From the NCBI GenBank assembly GCA_964016885.1, contig OZ024745.1, positions 123,008,001 to 123,072,000 of the forward strand: DNA of 64,000 bases. Reading direction: 5' to 3'. Both the position numbers and the translations under genes were made by a program. Shown here piece after piece: positions 13,415-26,211 of the stretch (positions are counted from its first letter, which is position 1; every line of letters starts with the position of its first letter). The stretch comes from Eledone cirrhosa (taxonomy: Eukaryota). The notes beneath the pieces are model-generated. The model was not told the DNA's origin. It saw only the letters and a list, made by a program, of their open reading frames with translations, and did no database searches.

Positions 13415-13712
13415 ATCGTTCACCACTGAAATACAAGACTTTTGGAAACATTTTTTCATGCCCAGAGTTGCTGAAGCATAAACAAACTACCTGCATCAGT
13501 TGTTAGCTGCCAAGACAAAGCATCCTTTAAAACCTCCATGCTTCCTGAAATTCACCAACACTATACTTGATATCTCTATCCATATCATGACTCATACACT
13601 GTTCATTTTCCTGACATTTGTAAATTATTCTATGTACTATACATGCACCTTTGATGAGTTGTAGTGCACCTGAGCACTGTACACAATAATTTCATTATTA
13701 TTATTATTTATA
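13415..13712 (+). mobile_element. CR1-like LINE 3' end
   Basis: Encodes HFFMPRVAEA*(N)KLPASVVSCQDKASFKTS, matching the CR1 ORF2 terminal FF..RV...WN.LP..VV......FK motif, then a 3' UTR and (ATT)n tail. Further tails at 4640, 24427 and 36580-36800. Confidence 0.75.
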
Positions 13713-14193
13713 AGATAAGAATGCATTTGATCATAAGTCTGCTAAATCAGAGTTGACCTGGCATTTACACAACAACAACACCAAGACACAAAGAGTAGAA
13801 AACATGGAAAGTTTTACAATGCCAACATTAGCTAGAAATGGTACTAAATCTATATATTTGACCTATATTTTGCCATACCTGTCTTTTATTTCTCTCTTAT
13901 CCTTTCATACTATAGCTGACACATTTACTCCAATAAAGACCTTGAGTATTAAAAACTTTGTTGTGTTTCCTTCCCCACCTGACCTCCTTCATTCACAGCT
14001 GTTACATATTCCTTCCCCAGCTGATTCATTCTTTCCTTGTTATTATTGTTGTTGCTGCTGATGTTATTGTTGTTATTTCAATGTCCTGGTGAATGAAGTA
14101 ATGATTATATAGTTAGTTAACAGTTGTTGATTTTTTTAAATCTTTTTTTTTTTCATTTCTTATTAAGTTTTTGAAATAATATTGTAAATCATT

Positions 14194-14385
14194 GTGGATT
14201 GGCAGTATCAGTAGAGGGTCGGACACCATGCTTTGACGCATAGGGTTATGGTCCTTGCCATTCTGAGTTCAAATCCCGCTGAGGTTAACTTTGTCTTTCA
14301 TCCTTACGGGGTCGATAAAATAAAGTACCAGTAATGTACTGGGTAATTGCTGGCCTTGTGCCTAAAGTAGAAACAATTATTATTA
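14194..14385 (+). mobile_element. SINE S1
   Basis: Full-length copy with A/B boxes. Confidence 0.85.
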
Positions 14386-14552
14386 TGTTTTTTTTTGAGG
14401 AGTTTGTTTTAGTTTTTGTTTTCAGTCATCATCATCATCATTGTTTGACTACAGTAATAGTCGACCACAATTCTCTTTTACTCATTGAAGCTTTCTTAAT
14501 CAGTTGTGGCCGTGTGATTCAGTGATCAGCTCTGATCACCTGTGGCATTTGA

Positions 14553-14720
14553 ATCATCATCATCATCACCAACACTGTTTTACGTCCATTTTTCCATGCT
14601 AGCATGGGTTAGACGAGTTGTCCTGTTGTGGGCAATGCCAGGTCAGGTGACCAAGTCTTGTTCATTCAGAACTGATTTGGACTTGATATCTATAGCTGGA
14701 TGTCCTTCCTAATGCCAAGG
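14553..14720 (-). mobile_element. RTE-tail SINE/LINE 3' fragment (family S3)
   Basis: (CAT)n-GTTTTACGTCCATTTTTCCATGCTAGCATGGGTT..GGATGTCCTTCCTAA. Relatives at 20762, 23200, 44130, 46170, 49993, 51991 and 60750. Confidence 0.7.
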
Positions 14721-14774
14721 TTAAATCTAGGGCATATCATCTGATACACTTAGGCTTCATGCTAACCACTACAC

Positions 14775-14812
<38 letters not shown>

Positions 14813-15010
14813 TTCACCACCACCACCACACACACGAATATCAACTTTCTGGAATTCCGCCCTTGCTTATGTTTTCCTTGTAGTCATTGACATGCAGTTG
14901 TTTTAAGAAGTATATTGATTGCACCAATCCCAGACTACATGCAAAGAAAAGCCTTAGGCACAAACCAAATCTTTAAAACACATTTAAAATCATATTTTTG
15001 TTTATTATAT

Positions 15011-15325
15011 TTAACCCTTTAGTATTTACATTACTCTATATATATACTATTGTATTTTTATATATACTACTATATTTTTATAGTAAAGGCTTTACCTCAC
15101 ATAATATCTTACATAACATTTACATAACTCTATATATACTACTATATTTTTGTGGTAAAGGCTTTACCTCACATAATTATCTCACATAATATCGAATCTA
15201 TGATATTTTGAAATTATTTATTTTGAGAAACTCTACCTTAATATCAGTATGAGCGGCCAGTTACAGCTGGTTTGAACAGAAAGAGGTGAGAGAATTCTGG
15301 CCAGATACGGCTGGTTTAAATGTAT
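15011..15325. mobile_element. piggyBac-like MITE M1 with internal tandem duplication
   Basis: Starts TTAA-CCCTTTAGTATTT. The segment TATATACTACTATATTTT..GGCTTTACCTCACATAAT is duplicated. Confidence 0.7.
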
Positions 15326-15575
15326 TAATCAGATAGATATATGTTGTTTTTCTTTACTTTTCCTACTTGAAAAATGAAAAGGCCAATGTCTCTATTGGTA
15401 CATCATCATCATCGTTTAACGTCCATTTTTCATGCTAGCATAGGTACAAATAAGTGAATGAAACAAGCAATAATGTGGACATTGGAGTGAATAGAAGTAA
15501 ATAAATACTTGTAACTCTTCAGATGTAGGAGGAGTAAGTGCTGGAGATTGGAGATGGGCCAGTTAAACTGTTAAT

Positions 15576-15607
<32 letters not shown>

Positions 15608-16422
15608 TGGGCTGGTCCTTTATTTTAACAACTTCCCTTCTCCTCACCCTCAACTGAAAAGATAAAAATCAAAGTTGACCTTGGCATTACTTGAATTTAG
15701 AATGTAAAGCTATGGGACAAATATTGCAAAGCATTTCCTCCAACACTCTACTGGTTCTGTCAATCCCCTGCCCTTAACCCCTTAATCTGTTGACTCCCAT
15801 GTATATTTTACACAGCTACAGTTGCTGTGCCAGTTTTTTCAGTAAAATGACTATTTTTAAAAACAAACATCTATTAACAACACATATCTGAATGATTAAC
15901 AAACATCACATCAATAAACTAGTAACTCCATCTAGCTTTGAAGTTATGAACTGTTGGAAATGATTTCATAACTTTGAAGTTATGAACTGTTGGAAAAGAG
16001 TTCAAACATCTCCTCTGTGGCACTGGAATGCAGACAAGTTATCTTGTCTACGGCACTGAAGATGTTAATAATGGTTTGTAAATTAGACACAAAACCAGCA
16101 ATTTTGGAGGGAGGAGGATGTCTTTTGACCCCTGCTGCATGAGTGGTATTCTTTTTTATCAAGTTGATCTCAGTGTTATTTGAACGCAGAATGTAAAAAG
16201 CAGAAACAAATACTGCAAAGCATTTTATCTAACACTCTAACAATTCTGCTAATCTTACACTCTTATGTTGTGTATAACAATACACAATCAAATACATTGT
16301 CCCCATAAAGATAGAATATATCCAATGGGTAACATATTGCTATTTCTATAGGAAAACTGAAAATAAATAGGCTATTTGGAAAAGATCCATCAAACCCATG
16401 AAAGCATAGAGAAACATATAAA

Positions 16423-16459
<37 letters not shown>

Positions 16460-17408
16460 CAACGATGGTGCTGATGATGATGATATGTTGATGATAATGA
16501 TGATAATGATGTTGATGATGATGATGTTGATGATCATGAGGATGATGATGATGATGATGATGATGATGTATGTAAATCACATGCTCAGATTGGTAAATGG
16601 CAATGTCATGGCTATAAATTCTGGGACATATCTGTCCAGATTGTCAAGGAGATAAGATAATCAAAGAAGACAGAAGGTTAAAGCTATGCACTCTGATAGA
16701 TATCTCAGTTATACCTTTTGAATAAAACATTGGCTAGAAGAAATAAGGAAAAAGTAACTAAATACAAAGATGTTGAACTAGAAATAAGCAAGGTATGGGG
16801 TTCTGTGAGTAAAGATGATTCTAATAATTAGTTCACTGGTATATAATTAAATATAAATATACCATGAACAGAAACATCAATGTAGGTAAATGAATATCTA
16901 TCAATTTTAGTAGTGAGTGTTACAGTTATTTAGTCCAGAGGCCCTAACCACCAGCCCATGCATCATTTGCTACTGGGCCACAAAGAAATAATTAACTTGT
17001 TTAAAATTATATAATAGATAAATTGAATATTGGACTTTAATTTAAAAACATTTACATGAGAATCAAAAGATTATACACCTTTTCTTTTCCTTAATAAATT
17101 GCTCTTTTTATTATTGTTCTCTCTCTATTGAAATACACATATGTGTGCAATTACTGGTCTGCAGAAAGATTGTCCGGCATGAAGCCGGTCCATGAGACCA
17201 ATGAATTAGTCAACAGAACCACATCTTCATGAAATTAAAGTGTAAGTAATAGAGCATGCCACAGACATGTGTATCCTTAACATAATTGTCAGAGAGAAAT
17301 TCAGTTTGACAATAAGGGTCAAGGCTAATCCTTTAAATTACATATGCAGGCTATCAATAGGCTTTTAAACAGTTTCCATTTATCCTATTTCCTTCATAAT
17401 GTCATAAG

Positions 17409-17540
17409 GCAATCATGGGTAAACTACATGAGTAAACTGCTTATTTTCAAAATTGCCTTGAATTTTTTAGTAGTATGGCCCACTTTATCATGAGCCTCAT
17501 CCAATGTAGCCCACTGCTCAAAAAGGTTTGCCCATGCCTG
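17409..17540. mobile_element. Degenerate hAT/Charlie-like MITE
   Basis: Imperfect TIRs CAATCATGGGTAAAC / GTTTGCCCATGCCTG with internal GGCCC motifs. Confidence 0.45.
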
Positions 17541-18180
17541 CTATAAGCAGGAACAAACTAGGGAAAATAGCACTCCTGCCCAGCACTGTATTTTTGCCTA
17601 TGGGCCTAATAATTTATACAAATAGTTTAATGATCCCGCCACCATAGTGTTCTCCCCCATGACAGAGACAGATCACACATATGAAGGAGTTTCTTTTTTC
17701 ACTTTTTGACGAGGCTTATTTGACTTTAATAGAACATGCTCCTAGTCCAAGTTGTACCCCCTTTATGTGGCCCCTATGGCATGTGCCATGCTTGCCATAT
17801 CCTAGTTATGCTTGTGGCCATAAAGCTTCACTGAACTGAAAGTAAGGTAAATGACACTTGCTCAAGCTGTCATTCAGTAGGAGATTGTTGTGAAGTGAAC
17901 TTTTTTATCATCAGATCTTATAATATTCCAACAGGCTATCACACAATATTATGGCTCACCAAGATCTATGAGGATGGAGTTGAGCTAGTATGTTGGTCAA
18001 GGACAAGGAAAATCCCAGGAATATCTGATATCTCTGTTCCTCTAAAAGAAATCTTGCACCCTTGAATTTTAAGTTGCTTCTTCCTCCACCTTGGGCTTAA
18101 GATCAGTTTTGTTCTGTCAGCAGAATTTCTCTCTGCGACCCTACAGCTCATACATCAGTATTATTGTTTTTATCTCAAAT

Positions 18181-18367
18181 GCAGTGGATTGGCAGTATCG
18201 ATAGAGGGTCGGACTCCATGCTTTGATGCATAGAGTTACGGCCCTTGCCATTCTGCGTTCAAATCCTGCCGAGGTTAACTTTACCTTTTATCCTTACGGG
18301 GTCGATAAAATAAAGTACCAGTAATGCACTGGGTAATTACTGTCCTTGTGCCAAAAATAGAAACAAT
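18181..18367 (+). mobile_element. SINE S1 with long TSD
   Basis: Flanked on both sides by TTATTGTTTTTATCTCAAAT. Confidence 0.85.
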
Positions 18368-19017
18368 TATTGTTTTTATCTCAAATTTTCCATGCTAGCA
18401 TGAGTTGAACAGGACTTTGTGAGGCAATATTTTACAGCTGCTCTGAGTTCAAATCCTGCCATGGTCAACTTTACCTTTTATCCTTTCGAGGTCTATAAAA
18501 AATGTACCAGTCCAGTCCAGTCCAGTACTAGGGTCAATTTTTCCTCAATAGAAAAAAAACGGCTGTGTTCAGACCTGGAGAGGGTTGGGCTCTGCCCTGT
18601 TTAAAAAAGCCCTAGACATGCTGCATGATGGTGCCTCTATGACTCCATAAGGCATACATAGTCACTTTCCAACCTATACTCTCTAAATATTAGGATACAT
18701 ACAGTTAACATATTTCTATATTAGCCATCACAGTACACAGTAAGCCAGCTAACTCTGCATATATTATATATAGTAATTTCTTAACTTATATTCTCTCTAA
18801 AAGCTTTCACAACAAATAACATTAAAATAATAAAGGAAGCAACATAACAAACTTGCCAACACAGCAAATAGGATATAACACAATCACCTCCCTGCACCTC
18901 CCTTCCATAAAAGACAACACTGCATAATATAGTTCAGGAACACAAAGCTTAGGTGCACCTGGTAATTTAGTGAAAACTCGCATGAAACTTCTTAAAACGC
19001 AACAATATCATATCAAT

Positions 19018-19584
19018 ATATACATGTGTGTATGTATATGTATGTGTGTGTTTATGTGTGTGTGCATGTATATAGGTGTATATATATGTGTGTGTGTGTG
19101 TGTATGGGTATGTGTGCGTATGTGTGTGTATATTTGTGTGTGTATGTGTGTGTGTATGTGTGCGTGTGTGTATATGTGTGTGTTTGTATATGTGTGTGTG
19201 TATGTATGTGTGTGTATATGTGTGTGTTTATATGTATGTGTGTGTATATATATATGTACATGTGTGTATATGTATGTGTGTGTATGTGTGTATATATATG
19301 TATGTGTGTGTGTATGCTAGTATTGATATAAAGTGGAAAGAGAAACAGAGGGGGAGAAAATAGGGTAAAAAAGAAGCCAATATGTGTGTGTGAGTGAGTG
19401 CATGTGAATGTATGTGTGTGTGCGTGTGAGTGAGTGCATGTGTATGTATGTGTGTGTGTGAGTGAGTGTGTATGTATGTGTGTGTGTGTGTGTGAGAGTG
19501 AGTGCATGTGTGTGTGTATGTGTGTGTAAGTGCATGTGTATATATGTGTGTGTGTGAGTGAGTGCGTGTGTATGAGAGTGAGTG

Positions 19585-19641
<57 letters not shown>

Positions 19642-19647
19642 ATGTGC
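19018..19647. repeat. Degenerate (TG)n microsatellites
   Basis: Direct inspection. Confidence 0.9.
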
Positions 19648-19901
19648 AAATATATAACATTTTAAAATAGCTGACACTAAAAATGTATTTAGATAAAACT
19701 TAAAAGCCACAGGAGCTATTAACCTGCTATGTTTAAAAATTTTCTAAAACTTCTGATAATGGTATTGGAATAATATTTAAATAAAAAATGAAATAATTTT
19801 AAGTTAATAAATAAATGAAATTATAATTGAATTAAACTCAACAAAAATCCAGGAATTTAGGCAAAGTAGTAAATTGAAGATGTATTTTCGAAGCAGTATG
19901 A

Positions 19902-19960
19902 TACTACTACTACTACTACTACTGCTGCTACTACTACTACCACCACCACCACAACTACTT

Positions 19961-20001
<41 letters not shown>

Positions 20002-20206
20002 GCTACTGCTACTACTACCACCACCACTACAACTACTTCTACTACTACTACTACTACTACTGCTACTACTACCACCACCACTACAACTACTTCTACTACT
20101 ACTACTACTACTAGTACTACTACTCCTACTACCACCACCACCACCACAACTACTACTACTACTACTACCACCACCACCACCACGATTACTACTACTACTA
20201 CTACTA

Positions 20207-20256
<50 letters not shown>

Positions 20257-20273
20257 GCCACCACCACCACGAT

Positions 20274-20331
<58 letters not shown>

Positions 20332-20360
20332 ACTACTGCTGCTGCTAATGATAATAATAG
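19902..20360. repeat. (CTA/CCA/CTG)n trinucleotide mosaic
   Basis: Direct inspection. It gives the poly-L/S/V ORFs. Confidence 0.95.
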
Positions 20361-20520
20361 TTATAACAGTTGCTATCATACCAGCTGACAAAATCTATAT
20401 AACTGAGATCTCCTTGTAAACAGCCAGCATGGCTTCTCTTAATTTGGATCAATTACATTTCATTACATCGATAGCAAAGGGAAAAGAATAATGTCACTCT
20501 ACCCGTCTATATGTGTGTGT

Positions 20521-20562
<42 letters not shown>

Positions 20563-20569
<7 letters not shown>

Positions 20570-20751
20570 TGAGATTCTACAGGACTAGAACTGTTTCATT
20601 CTTTAGAAATCATCAGAGATTCCTGATGATTTCTAAAGAATGAAACAGTTCTAGTCCTGTAGAATCTCATCTATATTAAAACTTTTATACTCTGCAATGT
20701 ATTGAGTAACTTACTTACTGTGGTTACCTCCGATTCAACCCAGAATAACGT
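20563..20751 (+). mobile_element. Hammerhead-bearing fold-back element HH1 subfamily B
   Basis: Perfect 54-bp inverted repeat (20563-20616 / 20623-20676) plus a unique tail to 20751, embedded in (TA)n. Confidence 0.8.
20616..20668 (+). ncRNA. Type I hammerhead ribozyme motif
   Basis: GAGAUUC-CUGAUGA-U-UUC-UAAA-GAA-U-GAAA-CAG-UUCUAGUC-CUG-UA^GAAUCUC. Stem I 7 bp, stem III 4 bp, GUA triplet, predicted cleavage after 20661. The stem II base pair is U.U rather than G-C. Confidence 0.75.
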
Positions 20752-20875
20752 ATATATATATATCATCATCATCATCACCGTTTTACGTCCGTTCTTCCAC
20801 GCTAGCATGGGTTAGACGGGTTGTCCTGTTGTGTGCAGTGTCTGGTCGGCTGACCATGCCTTGCTCATACAGGAA

Positions 20876-20958
<83 letters not shown>

Positions 20959-20981
20959 GCATATATAATATATATATATAT

Positions 20982-21024
<43 letters not shown>

Positions 21025-21038
21025 ATATATATATGTAT

Positions 21039-21090
<52 letters not shown>

Positions 21091-21444
21091 GGAATAGAAT
21101 GAAACAAAATTTCATTTCTCACTCTTAGTATGGCACTTACTTAAATGTAAGTATGTATGTATACGTACATATATAGATATACATATATAGATATACATAT
21201 GGGTGGGGGTATGCGTAGGCATGTGAAACAGATGTTGAACAACCAAGATAGATATTCTCTTTTTACAGGGATTTCTTATTTCATTCACTTGTGGCATAAA
21301 CCTTTAAGATGACTTAAGCAAGGCTTTCTAATATTTTCAAGACAACAACTGTTGTGTGAGCAGGTTTTAAGTTGAGGAAATTTCTAATGGAACAGTATTA
21401 AAGTGAAAATAAAAATCAAGAAAAAAAGAAATATATCACATATA

Positions 21445-21608
21445 TAAATGTGTAAAAGGTAAACAGAAATATCAACACAATCGGTACAGTATATGGAAGG
21501 AATATATTAGTTTAACGCTTGAAATAGCAGCAAGAGGGTCTTGATGTTTCGGACACTCACTTCATCAGAAGAAAGAATGAGAAATAAGATATATTAAAGG
21601 GACAGGCC
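21445..21608 (-). mobile_element. Hammerhead-bearing element family HH2
   Basis: Reverse complement of 27940-28105. Motif UCUU-CUGAUGA-AGUGAGUGUCC-GAAAC-AUC-AAGA at 21572-21539. Confidence 0.7.
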
Positions 21609-21974
21609 TTTAAATAAAAATAACAGTCCATTCATATTGAAATCTCTTGGAAAACTATATATATATATATTAGAAAGTGAGGTTTTTTTTACAAAATGAA
21701 AAATAACCGAGGTGTCCTACATGAGTGAAAGTATAAAGAAAAAAAGATGAAATTGAAAATGCAACTGGAGTCTTATTTAAAAAAAAATATATATATTTAT
21801 TTGGTTCCTTTACCGGTTTCGCAGTTCTTCTGCTTTTCAAAAGTAGAGTTGAGATAGAGGGTCTGTGGTTTTTCTCACATCTATATATATATATAGGTTT
21901 AGAGGAGCAAGATAATTGTGTCCATAGGTGGTATGTTGAGTGAGCACTCAATGCTCTCGCAGATCAGAGTATTA

Positions 21975-22210
21975 ATAGTATAAGAATACAGGAACAAAGA
22001 ATCAGTGTTGCATCATAACATATTTAATAACATATTACATATGTTTCACTGTCGATCAGCTCAAGGAATGATTTATTATTGATTGAACCTGACTCTGCAA
22101 TCGAAAGATCCTCAGATATGTTTCAATATATTGAAATACAGTGAAACATGTAATATCTTATTAAATATGTTATGATGCAACACAAATTCTTTGTTCTTTT
22201 ATTCTTATAC

Positions 22211-22213
<3 letters not shown>
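21975..22213. mobile_element. Fold-back element family HH3 (about 77-bp imperfect arms)
   Basis: 21975-22052 is inverted relative to 22138-22213. The spacer holds the 5' half of a hammerhead on the minus strand. Confidence 0.75.
22029..22122 (-). ncRNA. Type I hammerhead ribozyme motif with long stem II
   Basis: AACAUAU-CUGAGGA-[about 60 nt, UCGAUU/GAUCGA helix]-GAAA-CAUAU-GUA^AUAUGUU. Perfect 7-bp stem I and palindromic stem III ACAUAUGU. Confidence 0.7.
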
Positions 22214-22271
<58 letters not shown>

Positions 22272-22274
22272 TAA

Positions 22275-22450
22275 TATGGAAATGGCTTCTATGGGACTAG
22301 AACTGTTTTATTTGAAGGAAACCATCAGGATTTCCATTGAAACAGTTCTAGTCCTGTAGAAGCCATTTCTATATTAAATATTGTATATACTCTACTATGT
22401 ATCGAGTACCTTACTTACTGTGGTTACCCCTGATTGAACACCTAGGATAC
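22275..22450 (+). mobile_element. HH1 subfamily A copy with central deletion
   Basis: Arms AATGGCTTCTA..GACTAGAACTGTTT / GAAACAGTTCTAGTCCTGTAGAAGCCATT and the same tail (GAGTACCTTACTTACTGTGGTTACCCC). Confidence 0.75.
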
Positions 22451-22529
22451 TTGCACACACACACACATTCACACATACACATATATATATATACATATGT
22501 ATACATACATTCATATACATTCATATATA

Positions 22530-22607
<78 letters not shown>

Positions 22608-23182
22608 GGCACGTGGCTGAGTGGTTAGAGAATTGAGGTTGTCAGTTCGATTCCTGGACCGGGCGATGCATTATGTCCTTGAGCAAGACACTTTATTTCA
22701 CGTTGCTCCTTCTACTTGGAATTGCCACCGAGAGATAGTATTAGCAATTGGAAAGACCAACGGAAACATTGTTTCCTCGGTCCGATTTGACAAAAAGTTG
22801 ATCGACTGTCTATATATATAGAAAACCTGTCTTTATATACAAAAATTATCGAGTGCTCTGAATCAGTTATAAACATTTATATTTGTTGAATTACCAACAA
22901 ATTGAATATCCCTTTTGCTTATATATATATGAGCTGACAAAACTAGCATGGGTTTCACTGCTAGGACCGGTTGCATCTCAGCATATCCAATATGTTAAAT
23001 AAACTCCCAGAGTATATACATAGTTATTCACTTTAATACAACACACGTAAATGGGTACCTTCAATCTTTACCCATATATACCCATACAAAATATTTTTAA
23101 GCTTGTTGAATCCCAACAAATTAAATATAACCTCTGCATATATATATATAATCGTTTGATTTGCATATAAATATATATATAA

Positions 23183-23412
23183 AACACACAGTCCACGCTG
23201 TAATGTGGCCGTGTAGGCAACACGGTAAAAACCTCCCAGACCCACACTGTAAATGTGGTTGGTGTTAGGAAGGGCATCCAACTGTAGAAAACCTGCCAGA
23301 CAGTCCTATGCGAGCAAGACAATCACTCTTGCCTCAAGTGGGACTACCCCCGTCCAAACCCATGCAAGCGTGGAACACGGACGTTAAACGTTGATGATGA
23401 TGATGATGATGA
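23183..23412 (+). mobile_element. S3 RTE-tail element, near-identical to the inverted copy at 49993-50218
   Basis: Identical conceptual translations in the ORF track (MSCSHRTVWQVFYSW..VDCVF). Ends in (GAT)n. Confidence 0.8.
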
Positions 23413-23647
23413 TAATCGTTTGATTTGTCCAGGTGTATTTTTCTCAACCTGTTAGTTCTATCGTTACTTTGGTATATTATTGTGTGTTAGATTTTTGCCT
23501 ACCACAATGTTGGATTTGTCAAACTATTTAAACGTATGTTATTACTCTAAGGACCTAACTTATCGAGTGCTTTGCTAACTCATCATTTCATATAAGTAGG
23601 CCGAATTTGCTTGCAAACCGCCAGAGATTCGATTTTACTAAATTTCC

Positions 23648-23724
<77 letters not shown>

Positions 23725-23935
23725 TAGATAGATAGATATATTTATGTGTGTGTATGTATATTTTTACTTAACTACTGTTATTCGTGGGAAGCAAACAATC
23801 TTATTGATGAGAACTATTCCACTAATATCAATATTCTTTGCAAATACTCTTTCTAAAGGTAGACATTTTTAACTCTGTCTCTAATTATCTTTTTCCTGAT
23901 CAATCTACTTATCTAACTTTTTGTCTCCTTCATCT

Positions 23936-23976
<41 letters not shown>

Positions 23977-24477
23977 TCTCTTAATCCATAATATAAGAAT
24001 TCTTATATCTTAATGTTTGATTTATGCCTGCAAGTCTTTAGATTCTATAAAAAAAATTGTTCCAAAGAACATTGCATTAGAATTTTCCATGTCAATCTTT
24101 TCATCGGTGCCATTATCTGAGCCCTACTTCTGTTACAGAATTTTCAGAATCAGAGAATATCTAAAGAAAGCCACAACAAAGGGAATATCAGAATTATTAT
24201 ATTCAGAATAACTCACAAGCATTGATATCAATACACTGTAAACAGATTACATGTTGTCTAATGTAATGGATGAAATTTATATACAACACCCCAACAAGAT
24301 GATGCTTGGAAGAAGATAGAAAATTAAATAATGTCAATACAATTTCCTAGTAACTTTATTTCTTCCTGAACTAATTACTAACAATTTTCTAATAAATCTA
24401 TTTATTTAAATAGTACTAATTATATTTGATGAGTTGTAGTGCATCTGAGCACTGTACACAATAATTTCATTATTATT

Positions 24478-24885
24478 GAATTGGCAGTATTGGTAGAGGA
24501 TCGGACGCCATGCTTTGACGTATAGAGTTACGGCCCTTACCATTCTGAGTTCAAATCCCGCCGAGGTTAACTTTGCCTTTCATCCTTACGGGGTCGATAA
24601 AATAAAGTACCAGTAATGCACTGGGTAATTGCTGGCCTTGTGCCAAGAGTAGAAACAATTATTATTATTATGGTTTCTGATTTAGGCACAAGGTCAATAA
24701 TTTTGGGGGAGGAGTAAGTCAATGAAATGAAGCCCATCATATTACTGGTACTTTCAGCGGAATTTGAACTCAGAACGAAAAGGGCCATAACTCTATACTG
24801 CCAATCTACCACCCTGTCAAATAATAACGATTTCTAGTATTGGCACAAGGCCAGCAAATATCTCAGTGTATTACTGGTACTTTGG
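24478..24885. mobile_element. S1 SINE (+) followed tail-to-tail by deleted S1 copies (-)
   Basis: 24478-24660 plus strand, 24672-24813 minus strand, fragment 24830-24883 minus strand. Confidence 0.8.
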
Positions 24886-25827
24886 GATACCGCCCTGACA
24901 AATAATAATAATAAATTAAAAAAATGGCACTTCGAATTTCTATGTGATTCTATTTTTCTTCTCAACTGAGTTGCTTGAAATTTTCTCAGGATAATTTCTT
25001 TTTTTCTATGACTGAATCAAGCAACTATATTTCTCATCAAATTCATATTTATCAGAAATGATATTTTTCATCAGCAAATATATTTTTTTTGTAGTAATAT
25101 AATTTTCTTTTAAGCTGTATGGTTTAGTTCAATGCAAAATTAACCTACATTTACAAAAATTCTCAAGTGGACATACCAAACCATAACATTATTTACAGTA
25201 AGATCTGAATCAGGAAAAAAAAAATCTTAGAGATATTAGGATTTTAATGAAGATACTCATATTTTTAGATAATTGAAAAGATACTGTCATATTAGAACCA
25301 AGTTTAAAATATCCATTCCTCCAACCTATAAAGAATAAAGAAAACATATTTAAAATATAACCTTCTGTTTTATCTAAACCTCCAAAAATAACTAATTGGT
25401 TTTTCAAAGAAATTAGATCAACCATGAAATTACTTCTACAAAGGCATGACTTGCTTGAGTTTAAGAGTTTAACCCTTTTGATATCAAACTGCATGAAACT
25501 ACCACCTGCTTCTATGATATAAACTATTTGTTTTAAAGTGTATATATTTATATAAGAACTTTGCTTCATGATTTTATGAAAACATTTTTATATTTTGTAC
25601 TAAACATCAGTTTAATAATGAGAAATTTAGTTATATTAGTAAATCGCTCCAAATACTTGATTATTTTCAAAATTATTTGGCAATCACAGGTAATCTTTCA
25701 TTAGAAATATGGTGATGAAAATCATAAAGAAAGTACAAATGAAAAAGGAAGTTGATTATGTAGATCTAAAGATATTATGGCTGGGAAAAATATAAAATGG
25801 AATAGTCACAGGTGGAATACCTTAGAT

Positions 25828-26024
25828 CAGGCATGACAAACATGCAGCACGAAGGCCACATGTGGCCCACACAAAGGTTATTACAGCGCAAGCATGTTTT
25901 ATCTTCATAATATAAAATATAAAAATTTGTTGTAATGTGTGCAATTAGCTGTCATGTGTGGCCCTCAGACAACACATATGTGACCCATGTGACGCTCGGG
26001 GGGACCCTCAGTTTGACATGCCTT
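25828..26024. mobile_element. hAT/Charlie-type MITE with 8-bp TSD
   Basis: TIRs CAGGCATGACAAAC / GTTTGACATGCCTT and perfect TSD CCTTAGAT at 25820-25827 and 26025-26032. Confidence 0.85.
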
Positions 26025-26086
26025 CCTTAGATCATATACATGTTTGACAATGATCTGAACAATCACTGTATATGTGAATAAGTATG

Positions 26087-26126
<40 letters not shown>

Positions 26127-26211
26127 CGTATGTATATAAAAAAAATTCAGGACCCCGACGGCTGAGCTCTGGCTGTTTCGACAGCTAGATCTGAACTCCG
26201 ATATGGTTGGT

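Noticed and set aside
14778-14811. Long poly-C run (also 12755-12771, 29173, 49556)
   Set aside because: Simple homopolymers whose length may be a sequencing artefact. No further structure supported.
15936-15996. 25-bp direct repeat with intervening inverted segment (also a 21-bp duplication at 5713-5758)
   Set aside because: Consistent with local replication slippage or template switching. No evidence of an element or function.
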